DNA of 64,000 nucleotides, from contig OZ253442.1 of assembly GCA_965261085.1 (NCBI GenBank), positions 1,728,001 to 1,792,000 on the forward strand, read 5' to 3'. Shown here piece by piece: positions 19,982 through 28,033 of the stretch. Made by a program: the position numbers and the translations under genes. Source of the DNA: a bacterium (lineage in GTDB: Bacteria > UBA8248). The notes below the pieces were generated by a model. The model was not told the origin of the DNA, searched no databases, and saw only the letters and a list, made by a program, of their open reading frames with translations. Within the stretch, counting starts at the first letter, position 1, and each line of letters begins with the position of its first letter.

Positions 19982-20971
19982 ATGGCCAATATATCGATAC
20001 TGAAAGAGGGCGAGCGGTTCGATTCTTTTTTCAAGATCAAGGAATACGAGGCGCGCCAGAGCCGTGCGGGCAGGGAGTATCTCGATCTGACCCTGGAGGA
20101 CGCGACGGGCGAGGTTCCCGCCAAGGTCTGGGAGCCTGCGACCCAGGTGCAGGGGGCGATTCAGGCGGGCGATTTCATCAAGGTGCGGGCCGCAGCCGAG
20201 AACTACCAGGGCCGCTTGCAACTCAGGGTGGAGCGTGTCCGCCGGGTGAACGAGCAGGATTACGAGAGCGGCTTCAAGCACGAGGACTACGTGCAGCGCA
20301 CGCCTTACGATATCGACGTGATGTGGGAAGAGGCGAAACGCATCGCAGGCGGCTGCCACCCGCTCGTGGCCGCGTATCTCACGGCGATACTGAATGGGTA
20401 TGAAGAGAAATTCCGCGAATGGCCCGCCGCCCAGCGCATTCACCATCCTTATCTCGGCGGACTGCTCGAGCACACCTTATCAGTCACGAAAACGTGCCTA
20501 TATCTCGCGGATAAATACGACGTCTCAAAAGACCTCCTCGTCGCGGGCGCGCTCTTGCACGACATCGGAAAACTCGAGGAACTCTCCACCGAGGGCGCGA
20601 CGCACTACACCGCCGCCGGCCGCCTCCTCGGCCACATCGTGCTGGGGCGCGACATCGCCCGCGAATGGGCGCGGCGCGAGGGTGTTTTCCCAGAAGGAGA
20701 GTCGTTGCCCGAGGATTTTCTGCTGCATTTAGAGCACCTCATCCTCTCGCATCAGGGACAGCCCGACTGGGGCACCGTGAAAGTTCCCATGTCGGCGGAG
20801 GCGCTCCTGCTCCACTACGCGGACGACATCGACGCCAAGTTCAACCTGCTGAAGCGCGCGGTGGAGCAAGACGCCGGGGATGAGGATTTCACGGCCAGAA
20901 ACCACATCATGGCGCGCGCCTTCTACAAGGGTGGCCCGCCGCTCCCGCCGGAGAATCCGGCCGATGTATGA
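19982..20971 (+). CDS. yhaM: 3'-5' exoribonuclease YhaM family (OB fold + HD domain)
   Basis: YLDLTLEDATGEVPAKVW, PAAQRIHHPYLGGLLEH, LLHDIGK, HYADDIDAK. Confidence 0.88.
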   Translation: MANISILKEGERFDSFFKIKEYEARQSRAGREYLDLTLEDATGEVPAKVWEPATQVQGAIQAGDFIKVRAAAENYQGRLQLRVERVRRVNEQDYESGFKHEDYVQRTPYDIDVMWEEAKRIAGGCHPLVAAYLTAILNGYEEKFREWPAAQRIHHPYLGGLLEHTLSVTKTCLYLADKYDVSKDLLVAGALLHDIGKLEELSTEGATHYTAAGRLLGHIVLGRDIAREWARREGVFPEGESLPEDFLLHLEHLILSHQGQPDWGTVKVPMSAEALLLHYADDIDAKFNLLKRAVEQDAGDEDFTARNHIMARAFYKGGPPLPPENPADV

Positions 20972-21045
20972 GTTTGAAATGAATCTCGTCTCCTGCATAC
21001 ACCCCAACGCGGCTCGCCCCGGGCCACTGCTGGAGATTCCAGAAA

Positions 21046-21939
21046 ATGTCTAACCATATGAAAGAGATTATGAACGAGAAGACGGGGCGCATCGTCATGC
21101 TGGCGGTGGACCACGGCTATTTCCAGGGGCCGACCTCGGGTCTCGAAGAACCGGGGAAGACCATCGAACCTCTCTTGGCCTATTGCGACGCGGTGAGTCC
21201 CACGAAGGGCGTTTTCCTGCGCTGTATGCCGCCCGAGAGCAAGACGCCCGTCATCTTAAGGGCTACGGGCGGAAACGCCATCGTCTATTCAGACCCCGTG
21301 GAACTGGAGCGCGAGTTGAGCATCCGGGGAGCGGGCCTTGCGGATGAGGCGGCGCGCGAGGCGCTTCGAGAGCGAATCGCCGATGAAATCTTGAACCGCG
21401 AGTTATCGAACGAGTCCATCACCGTCTCGGCGGCGGAGGCGGCGCGACTGGGCGTGGCGGGCGTTTCGGTGTCCATCTACGTGGGCGCGCGCTACCAGAA
21501 AGAATCCATCCTGAACCTCGCGCGAATGAGCGATGAGGGGCGCAAGAATGGCTTGATCGTTTTGGGCATCACTGCGGTGGGCAAGGAGATGACGCGCGAC
21601 GCGCGCTATCTCGGGCTGGCGACGCGCATCGCGGCCGAGCACGGAGCGGACGTCGTGAAGACGTATTACTGCGAGGGGTTTGAGCGGGTGGTGCGCGGTT
21701 GTTTCGCGCCCATCGTCATCGCGGGCGGCAAGAAGGCGCCCGAGCGCGAGGCGCTCGCGTTTTGCCGCCGGGCCATCGATGAGGGAGCGGTGGGCGTGGA
21801 TATGGGCCGGAACATCTTCCAGAGCGCGCATCCGGTCGCGATGATTCAGGCGGTGCGCGCCGTCGTGCATGATAATGTAAGCCCCGACGCCGCCTATGAG
21901 ATGTTCGAGGATCTGAGCGCGGTGCCCCTCACGGATTGA
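21046..21939 (+). CDS. lsrF: LsrF-like class I aldolase/thiolase
   Basis: MLAVDHGYFQGPTSGLE, ADVVKTYY, IAGGKK, GVDMGRNIFQS. Confidence 0.85.
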   Translation: MSNHMKEIMNEKTGRIVMLAVDHGYFQGPTSGLEEPGKTIEPLLAYCDAVSPTKGVFLRCMPPESKTPVILRATGGNAIVYSDPVELERELSIRGAGLADEAAREALRERIADEILNRELSNESITVSAAEAARLGVAGVSVSIYVGARYQKESILNLARMSDEGRKNGLIVLGITAVGKEMTRDARYLGLATRIAAEHGADVVKTYYCEGFERVVRGCFAPIVIAGGKKAPEREALAFCRRAIDEGAVGVDMGRNIFQSAHPVAMIQAVRAVVHDNVSPDAAYEMFEDLSAVPLTD

Positions 21940-21963
21940 AATCGGACGCATAGCCCAGGAAGT

Positions 21964-22998
21964 ATGAAAATGCCTGATACCATGCAAGCGGCGGTTTATT
22001 ACCGAAACGACGACGTGCGGGTCGAGGAGATGGCCACGCCCCGCGCCGGAGCGGGCGAGCTTCTTATCGAGACGCGCGCGAGCGGCATCTGCGGCAGTGA
22101 CGTCATGGAGTGGTACCGGGTCAAAAACGCGCCGCGCGTTCTGGGCCACGAGGTGACGGGCGTCGTCGCGGAAGCGGGCGAGGGGGTGGAGCGTTTTAGT
22201 GTGGGTGATCGCGTCTGCGTGACCCATCACGTGCCGTGCAACCGCTGCGCGCATTGTCTGCGCGGAGACCACACGGCCTGCGCGACGCTCAAGAGCACGA
22301 ATTTCGACCCGGGCGGTTTCGCCGAATTCATCCGGGCGCCCGCCATCAACGTGGAGCGGGGGACGTTCCATCTGCCCGATGAGGTGTCCGATGACGCGGG
22401 CGTGTTCGTCGAACCCTTGGGCTGCGTCCTGCGCGGTTGGAAGCGTTTTCGGTTGACGCCGGGCCTGAGCGTCCTCGTGGTGGGAAGCGGCATGTCGGGT
22501 CTGCTGCACGTTCAGGCGGCGCGCCTCCTGGGAGCGGGCCCCGTTTTCGCGACGGACGTTCATCCTTATCGCTTAGACGCCGCCGAGCGGTTTGGCGCGC
22601 GCGCGCTGCCCCCGTGTGCGGATATGGCCGAGGCCCTACGGGAGGCGAACGGCGGCCGGCTGTCGGACCGCGTCGTCTTGTGCGCGGGCGCGCCCGAGGC
22701 GCTTGAGACGGCACTCGCGTGCGTGGCGTCTTGCGGCGTCTTGCAGCTTTTCGCCCCCACGCCGCCGGGTTACCGTCCCGAGATGGATTTGAACCGAATC
22801 TGGAGTGAGCAAATCGCCATCACCACCACCTACGGCGCGGCCCCGCTCGACCTGGAAGAAGCGCTCGCGCTCATTCGCGCCGGACGCCTGGACGTCGAGG
22901 AGATGATTACCCACAGGCTCCCGCTCGCGCAGGCGCAGGAGGGCTTCCGCCTCGTCGCCCAAGCTGGTGAATCGCTGAAGGTGGTGCTCAGGCCGTAG
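21964..22998 (+). CDS. Zinc-dependent alcohol/polyol dehydrogenase
   Basis: GICGSD, GHE, C..C..C structural zinc site, GSGMSG. Confidence 0.9.
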   Translation: MKMPDTMQAAVYYRNDDVRVEEMATPRAGAGELLIETRASGICGSDVMEWYRVKNAPRVLGHEVTGVVAEAGEGVERFSVGDRVCVTHHVPCNRCAHCLRGDHTACATLKSTNFDPGGFAEFIRAPAINVERGTFHLPDEVSDDAGVFVEPLGCVLRGWKRFRLTPGLSVLVVGSGMSGLLHVQAARLLGAGPVFATDVHPYRLDAAERFGARALPPCADMAEALREANGGRLSDRVVLCAGAPEALETALACVASCGVLQLFAPTPPGYRPEMDLNRIWSEQIAITTTYGAAPLDLEEALALIRAGRLDVEEMITHRLPLAQAQEGFRLVAQAGESLKVVLRP

Positions 22999-23017
22999 AG
23001 GCGCGTAAAGTCGAATC

Positions 23018-23046
23018 TTGCAGGAGGGGGCGAAAGAGGGTAGTGT
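23018..23046 (+). promoter_or_regulatory. Sigma70-like promoter, unit 1
   Basis: TTGCAG-N17-TAGTGT, conserved in all three units. Confidence 0.65.
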
Positions 23047-23128
23047 TTTATACGAGATTGCGAGCCATGGGACGCGAGGCCATGGAGTTTCGTAGTGTGA
23101 AAATAAAGGACCCGTAAGGGGAAACGGG

Positions 23129-23344
23129 ATGACGGGTTTTGAAACGGCGACACTCGGGTTCTACACCATGCAGTCCATGATCGGGCTCGCGCAGTGCGGG
23201 CTCATCTGGATGGGCCTTAGGCAAATGGGCCGCTCTTCGGAATTGCGTGAAAGAGAAGGAGCGAGACGGCATGATGAGGTCATGAAAAATCACTCTGAAT
23301 CCATGACCGCGCTTAAGACGCTCATCGAGCGGACAGCGAAGTAA
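23129..23344 (+). CDS. Small membrane-anchored coiled-coil protein, copy 1 (71 aa, 1 heptad)
   Basis: AAGGGG RBS; protein conserved across three copies with mainly third-position changes. Confidence 0.8.
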   Translation: MTGFETATLGFYTMQSMIGLAQCGLIWMGLRQMGRSSELREREGARRHDEVMKNHSESMTALKTLIERTAK

Positions 23345-23368
23345 CACCCGCTTCCTACCACATTTCCC

Positions 23369-23398
23369 GCCTCCGTCCTCCAGGACGGGGGCTTTTTT
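23369..23398 (+). terminator. Rho-independent terminator, unit 1
   Basis: GCCTCCGTCC-TCCA-GGACGGGGGC followed by T6. Confidence 0.85.
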
Positions 23399-23465
23399 CG
23401 TCGATCCTTTGCCACTCGTCCACGGGGTGGTAGGTCAGTTCGTTTTCGGGCGGGAGGCCCGAATC

Positions 23466-23494
23466 TTGCGGGAGGGGGCGAAAGAGGGTAGTAT
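23466..23494 (+). promoter_or_regulatory. Sigma70-like promoter, unit 2
   Basis: TTGCGG-N17-TAGTAT. Confidence 0.65.
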
Positions 23495-23584
23495 TTTGCC
23501 TGAGATTTCGAGCAACGCAGGGTGAGATGCCCTGGGTTCACGAGGTTTTCAATGTAACGACGGGGGACCCGTAAGGAGGAAGGA

Positions 23585-23821
23585 ATGACGGGTTTTGAAA
23601 CGGCGACACTCGGGTTCTACACCATGCAATCCATGATCGGGCTTGCGCAGTGCGGCCTCATCTGGATGGGCCTTAGGCAGATGAGCCGCTCCTCGGAATT
23701 GCGCGAAAGAGAAGGAGCCAGGCGGCATGAGGAGGTCATGAAAAATCATACCGAGACCATGAAAAATCACGAGGAGTCCATGACCTCCCTCAAGACGCTT
23801 ATCGAGCGGACAGCGAAGTAA
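23585..23821 (+). CDS. Small membrane-anchored coiled-coil protein, copy 2 (78 aa, 2 heptads)
   Basis: AAGGAGG RBS; paralog of 23129-23344. Confidence 0.8.
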   Translation: MTGFETATLGFYTMQSMIGLAQCGLIWMGLRQMSRSSELREREGARRHEEVMKNHTETMKNHEESMTSLKTLIERTAK

Positions 23822-23845
23822 CTCTCGCTTTCCGGCAGCCATACC

Positions 23846-23875
23846 GCCTCCGTCCTTCGGGACGGGGGCTTTTTT
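23846..23875 (+). terminator. Rho-independent terminator, unit 2
   Basis: GCCTCCGTCC-TTCG-GGACGGGGGC followed by T6 (UUCG tetraloop). Confidence 0.85.
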
Positions 23876-23942
23876 CGTCGATCCTTTGCTACTCGTCCAC
23901 GGGATGGCGAGTCGGTTCGTTGTCAAACGCCATGCCCGAATC

Positions 23943-23971
23943 TTGCAGGAGGGGGCGAAAGAGGGTAGTGT
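23943..23971 (+). promoter_or_regulatory. Sigma70-like promoter, unit 3
   Basis: TTGCAG-N17-TAGTGT. Confidence 0.65.
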
Positions 23972-24053
23972 TTTATTCGAGATTGCGAGCCATGGGACGC
24001 GAGGCCATGGAGTTTCGTAGTGTGAAAATAAAGGACCCGCAAGGGGAAACGGG

Positions 24054-24332
24054 ATGACGGGTTTTGAAACGGCGACACTCGGGTTCTACACCATGCAGTC
24101 CATGATCGGGCTCGCGCAGTGCCTGCTCATCTGGATGGGCTTGAAGCAAATGGGCCGCTCCTCGGAATTGCGCGAAAGAGAAGGAGCCAGACGGCATGAT
24201 GAGGTCATTAAAAATCACGCCGAGACCATGAACAATCACGCGGAGTCCATGAACAATCACGCGGAGACCATGAAAAATCATGAGGAGTCCATGACCGCTC
24301 TCAAGACTTTAATCGAGCGGACGGCGAAGTAA
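24054..24332 (+). CDS. Small membrane-anchored coiled-coil protein, copy 3 (92 aa, 4 heptads)
   Basis: AAGGGG RBS; paralog of 23129-23344. Confidence 0.8.
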   Translation: MTGFETATLGFYTMQSMIGLAQCLLIWMGLKQMGRSSELREREGARRHDEVIKNHAETMNNHAESMNNHAETMKNHEESMTALKTLIERTAK

Positions 24333-24356
24333 CTCTCGCTTTCCGGCAGCCATACC

Positions 24357-24388
24357 GCCTCCGTCCTTCGGGACGGGGGTTTTCTTTT
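24357..24388 (+). terminator. Rho-independent terminator, unit 3
   Basis: GCCTCCGTCC-TTCG-GGACGGGGGT followed by a T-rich tract. Confidence 0.8.
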
Positions 24389-24404
24389 GCTCTACAGATT
24401 GGTG

Positions 24405-26909
24405 TTACTCATCCACGGGGTGGTAGGTCAGTTCGTTTTCGGGCGGGGGGTCCTCGTCGCCCTCGGTTGCTTCATTCTCGTAAAGGGAATCGGGCGGGGC
24501 TTCTTCGGTGAATTGCGCCTCGTCCGCCTCGGTGTCCTGTATCTCCTCGGCCTCAGGCGAGGGAGGGGAAGCCTCCTTGAGGAGCGGGGCGAGTTTCGCC
24601 TCGCGGCGGATTCTTTCGGGCAGGCCGCTCCACCTTCTTCTCACGCGCGCGTTTCCTATCGCCATGGCGAGCGCTTTTTTCGCCCCGACGAGCACCACCA
24701 GCCGCCTCGCCCGCGTGAGGGCGGTGTAGACGAGGTTTCTCTGCAGCATCGGGTAGTGCTGGGTGTGGAGCGGGATGACGACGGCGGGGTATTCGCTTCC
24801 CTGGCTCTTGTGCACGGTGATGGCGTAGGCGTGCATCACCTCATCGAGCGCGCCGCGCGTGTATTCGACGACGTTCGAATCGAAGGCCACGCGAATGCTT
24901 CCCTCCTCGGGCGCTACGCTTTTGACGACGCCGATGTCGCCGTTGAACACGTCTTTTTCGTAGTTGTTCCTCACCTGGATGAGCTTGTCGCCCGTGCGGA
25001 ATGTGCGGCCCCCGCTCTGGAGCGCCGGGGCGTTTCCTGCGGGGTTGAGCGCTTCCTGTAAGCGCGCGTTCAAGCTCTGCACGCCGAGCACGCCGCGCTG
25101 CATGGGGGAGATGACCTGAAGATCGGCGATGGCGTCGATCCCGAACCGCTCGGGAATGCGCTCGCGGCACAGTTCGATGATGAGGTCCGCGCAGCGCTCC
25201 GCCTCGCTCTCCTCGATGAAATAGTAATCGAACGGTGCGTCTTCTTTTTCCCCTTTGCCGTTTCTGGGCATCTCGCCGCGGTTCACGCGGTGGGCGTTTT
25301 CGACGATCAGACTCTCCTGCGCCTGGCGGAAGACTTCGGTGAGCCGCACCACGGGGAGGGTTTCGGAGGTGATGGCGTCGCTCAGGACGTTGCCGGGCCC
25401 CACGGAGGGGAGTTGATCCACGTCGCCCACCAGGACGAGCGTCGCCGCGTCCGGCACCGCGCGCAGCAGATGGGCCGTCAGGTGCACGTCGAGCATCGAG
25501 GCCTCATCGATGATCACGATGTCCCCTGCGAGCGGGTTTTCCGCGTCGCGGGTAAAGCCGCCCGAGTGCCAGCTATACGCCAGCAATCTGTGGATGGTGG
25601 CCGCCTCGTGGCCGGTGACTTCCGAGAGGCGCTTGGCCGCCCGGCCCGTGGGCGCGCCCAGGATGACCTGGAGGCCGAGTTTCGTATAGAGGTTGGTGAC
25701 GGCGCTTACGATGGTCGTCTTGCCGGTGCCGGGGCCTCCCGTGACGATGAGCACTTTTTGCGTGAGCGCGCCCTCTATCGCCGCGCCCTGATTGCCGGTC
25801 GCCTTTCCGCCTTCGAGCGCGCGCCGGGCGAGGTGTCCGAGGCGCTCTTTGGTCGTGTTTCCGGGCGCTCCCTGCCCCCGCATGGCGGCTTCGAGGCGCG
25901 CCTCGTCACGCGGCGTGCAAATGAGCGCGGCGAGGCGGCGGGCGACCTCGCATTCCGCGGCGTACAGCGGTCGCGCGTAGACGCGCTTGCCCTCGGCCGA
26001 GGCCAGGTTCTCGGTCATGTTCGCCGATTCGATCACCAGGGCGCCGCCCTGGCCCAGGCTCTCGAGGACGGGGGTCAAGGCGTCGGCTTCCGTCTCGAGC
26101 ATTTCAGCGGCTGTCTCGACCAGATCCCCATAGGGCGAAAAGCAGTGGCCCTCGCGCTCGGCGAGTTGGTTCAGGACATAGACGGCTCCCGCCGCCAGGC
26201 GTTCGGGCGAGTCCGCGGGGATGCCCAGATTCTGGGCGATGCGGTCCGCGCTCTTGAAGCCCACGCCGTGAATCTCCGCCGCCAGGCGGTAGGGGTCTTC
26301 GCGGAGAATCCGTATGGAGGCTTCACCGTAGGTTCGGAGAATTTTCTCGGACAGATGAAGCGAGATGTCGTATTGACGCAGGAAGAGCATGATCTCCTTG
26401 ACCTCGCTCTGGCTCTTCCAGCTCTCGACGATCGCCTCGAGTTTCTTCGCGCCCAGTCCGTTGATTTCCGTGAGGCGCTCGGGTTGGTTGTCCAGAATGT
26501 CGAGGGATTTCTCGCCGAAGCGCGCCACGATTCTCCTGGCCAGCGCCGGGCCGATGTTCTTCACGATGCCCGAAGCCAGGTATTTTTCGATTCCCTCGAT
26601 CGTCGTGGGCTCCAGAGGGCGGGCGAGTTCGGCGTGGAACTGGCGGCCGAACCTGGGGTGATCCTTCCAGGCGCCCTCGAACCGGACGCGCTCGCCCTCG
26701 CGTATGGAAGAGAGATAACCCACCACGGCCACGCGCGGAAAATCCTCGTTGTCCGGCTGGACGAGCAAGACGGTGTAGCCGGTGTCCTCCGCGCGGAAGC
26801 GAATCCGCTCCACCGCGCCGGTCAGCTCGGTAGCGTCTTCGGGGAAAAGGCCCGCCTGGGGAGGAGGGGTCCCTCTTCTGGGGCGATGCGTTCTGGGTTT
26901 TCGCGTCAT
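24405..26909 (-). CDS. recD2: ATP-dependent RecD-like helicase RecD2
   Basis: HPRFGRQF, HhH repeats, TGGPGTGKTT, IIDEASM, AITVHKSQGSE; start at 26909 avoids overlap with mazG. Confidence 0.95.
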   Translation of the reverse strand: MTRKPRTHRPRRGTPPPQAGLFPEDATELTGAVERIRFRAEDTGYTVLLVQPDNEDFPRVAVVGYLSSIREGERVRFEGAWKDHPRFGRQFHAELARPLEPTTIEGIEKYLASGIVKNIGPALARRIVARFGEKSLDILDNQPERLTEINGLGAKKLEAIVESWKSQSEVKEIMLFLRQYDISLHLSEKILRTYGEASIRILREDPYRLAAEIHGVGFKSADRIAQNLGIPADSPERLAAGAVYVLNQLAEREGHCFSPYGDLVETAAEMLETEADALTPVLESLGQGGALVIESANMTENLASAEGKRVYARPLYAAECEVARRLAALICTPRDEARLEAAMRGQGAPGNTTKERLGHLARRALEGGKATGNQGAAIEGALTQKVLIVTGGPGTGKTTIVSAVTNLYTKLGLQVILGAPTGRAAKRLSEVTGHEAATIHRLLAYSWHSGGFTRDAENPLAGDIVIIDEASMLDVHLTAHLLRAVPDAATLVLVGDVDQLPSVGPGNVLSDAITSETLPVVRLTEVFRQAQESLIVENAHRVNRGEMPRNGKGEKEDAPFDYYFIEESEAERCADLIIELCRERIPERFGIDAIADLQVISPMQRGVLGVQSLNARLQEALNPAGNAPALQSGGRTFRTGDKLIQVRNNYEKDVFNGDIGVVKSVAPEEGSIRVAFDSNVVEYTRGALDEVMHAYAITVHKSQGSEYPAVVIPLHTQHYPMLQRNLVYTALTRARRLVVLVGAKKALAMAIGNARVRRRWSGLPERIRREAKLAPLLKEASPPSPEAEEIQDTEADEAQFTEEAPPDSLYENEATEGDEDPPPENELTYHPVDE

Positions 26910-26988
26910 GAATCGATCCTGGTCGCAGCCGGGCGGGCGGGGCGATGTGTCACCGGGTGCGCATGGCCGGGGTCGTGCGAGAGTCAGG

Positions 26989-27792
26989 TTAGCCCTCGCT
27001 CCTCCCGGCTTTTTTCGCTTCACTCCAAAGCGCTTCCAATTCTTCGAGAGACACGTCCTCGGGCGAGAGTCCCCGGGCGCGCAACGCTTGTTCCATATAA
27101 TGAAAACGCGCGGTGAAACGGCCGATGCAGGCGCGGGCCGCCCCCTCGGCGTTCACCCCGATCTTTCGGGAAAGGTTCACGGCGGCGAAGAGAAAATCAC
27201 CCATCTCCTCCTCCAGCGCCTCGCGGTCTCCGCTACGCATCGCCTCTTTGAGTTCCGTCCATTCTTCTTCCACCTTGTCCGCCGCTCCGGCCGCATCCGG
27301 CCAGTCGAAGCCCACGCGCGAGGCCTTTCCCTGAAGCCTTTGGGCGCGCTGGAGGGCAGGCATGGCGGCGGGCACGCCGTCGAGAATGGATGCGGAGTTG
27401 TTCTCGTCCTCCGCGCGGGCCTTTCTCTTGTTGATCTCCCAGTTTCTGAGCACCTCGCCGCTGGTTTCGGCGAGAGCGTCCTCGAACACGTGGGGATGGC
27501 GGTCGATCATCTTTTGGGCGAGGGCGCGGGCGGTCTCCTGGGCGTCGAAGTGTCCGTTCTCCTCCGCGAGTCGGCAGTGGAATAGCACCTGAAGCAGGAG
27601 GTCGCCCAACTCTTCTTTGAGCATCGCGGGGTCGCCCGCCTCGATGGCCTCCATCACCTCGTAGGCCTCCTCGATGAGGTAGGGCTTGAGACTCTGGTGG
27701 TTCTGCTCCTTGTCCCAGGGGCAGCCGTCCGGCGCTCTGAGGCGGGCCATGACCTCCACCGCGCGCTCGAAACCGCTTTTATTCTCGCTCAA
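26989..27792 (-). CDS. mazG: Nucleoside triphosphate pyrophosphohydrolase
   Basis: GCPWDKEQ, EEAYE, EELGDLL, RHPHVF, second MazG domain EEMGDFLF. Confidence 0.95.
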   Translation of the reverse strand: MSENKSGFERAVEVMARLRAPDGCPWDKEQNHQSLKPYLIEEAYEVMEAIEAGDPAMLKEELGDLLLQVLFHCRLAEENGHFDAQETARALAQKMIDRHPHVFEDALAETSGEVLRNWEINKRKARAEDENNSASILDGVPAAMPALQRAQRLQGKASRVGFDWPDAAGAADKVEEEWTELKEAMRSGDREALEEEMGDFLFAAVNLSRKIGVNAEGAARACIGRFTARFHYMEQALRARGLSPEDVSLEELEALWSEAKKAGRSEG

Positions 27793-28033
27793 GGCTTGGT
27801 GGCCTCATGATTGGGGAATTCCGACGCCCGCAGTATACGCGCAACCGCCGAAAACAAGCAATAAGGCTCTGGTGGGCAATATCGCATGATATGGGAGAAT
27901 CACAAGCCCCCGAGCGCAATATGTCGTGATGGGAGATGGGGCGCGGGGGGGAGTGGAGGAGTGATTCTGGAAACCACGTATGGGGAAGTAACGCGGGCGG
28001 ACATACAGGTCCAACTCTACATAAGGGAATACT

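Larger units (their letters stand above)
23012..24447. repeat. Three tandem 450-510 bp units
   Basis: Units begin CGAATCTTGC at 23012, 23460 and 23937. Confidence 0.95.

Noticed and set aside
23048-24281. Three repeated antisense ORFs opposite the small proteins
   Set aside because: Promoter, RBS, terminator and synonymous-change pattern all favour the plus strand
25290-27116. 608-aa plus-strand ORF
   Set aside because: Antisense shadow of recD2
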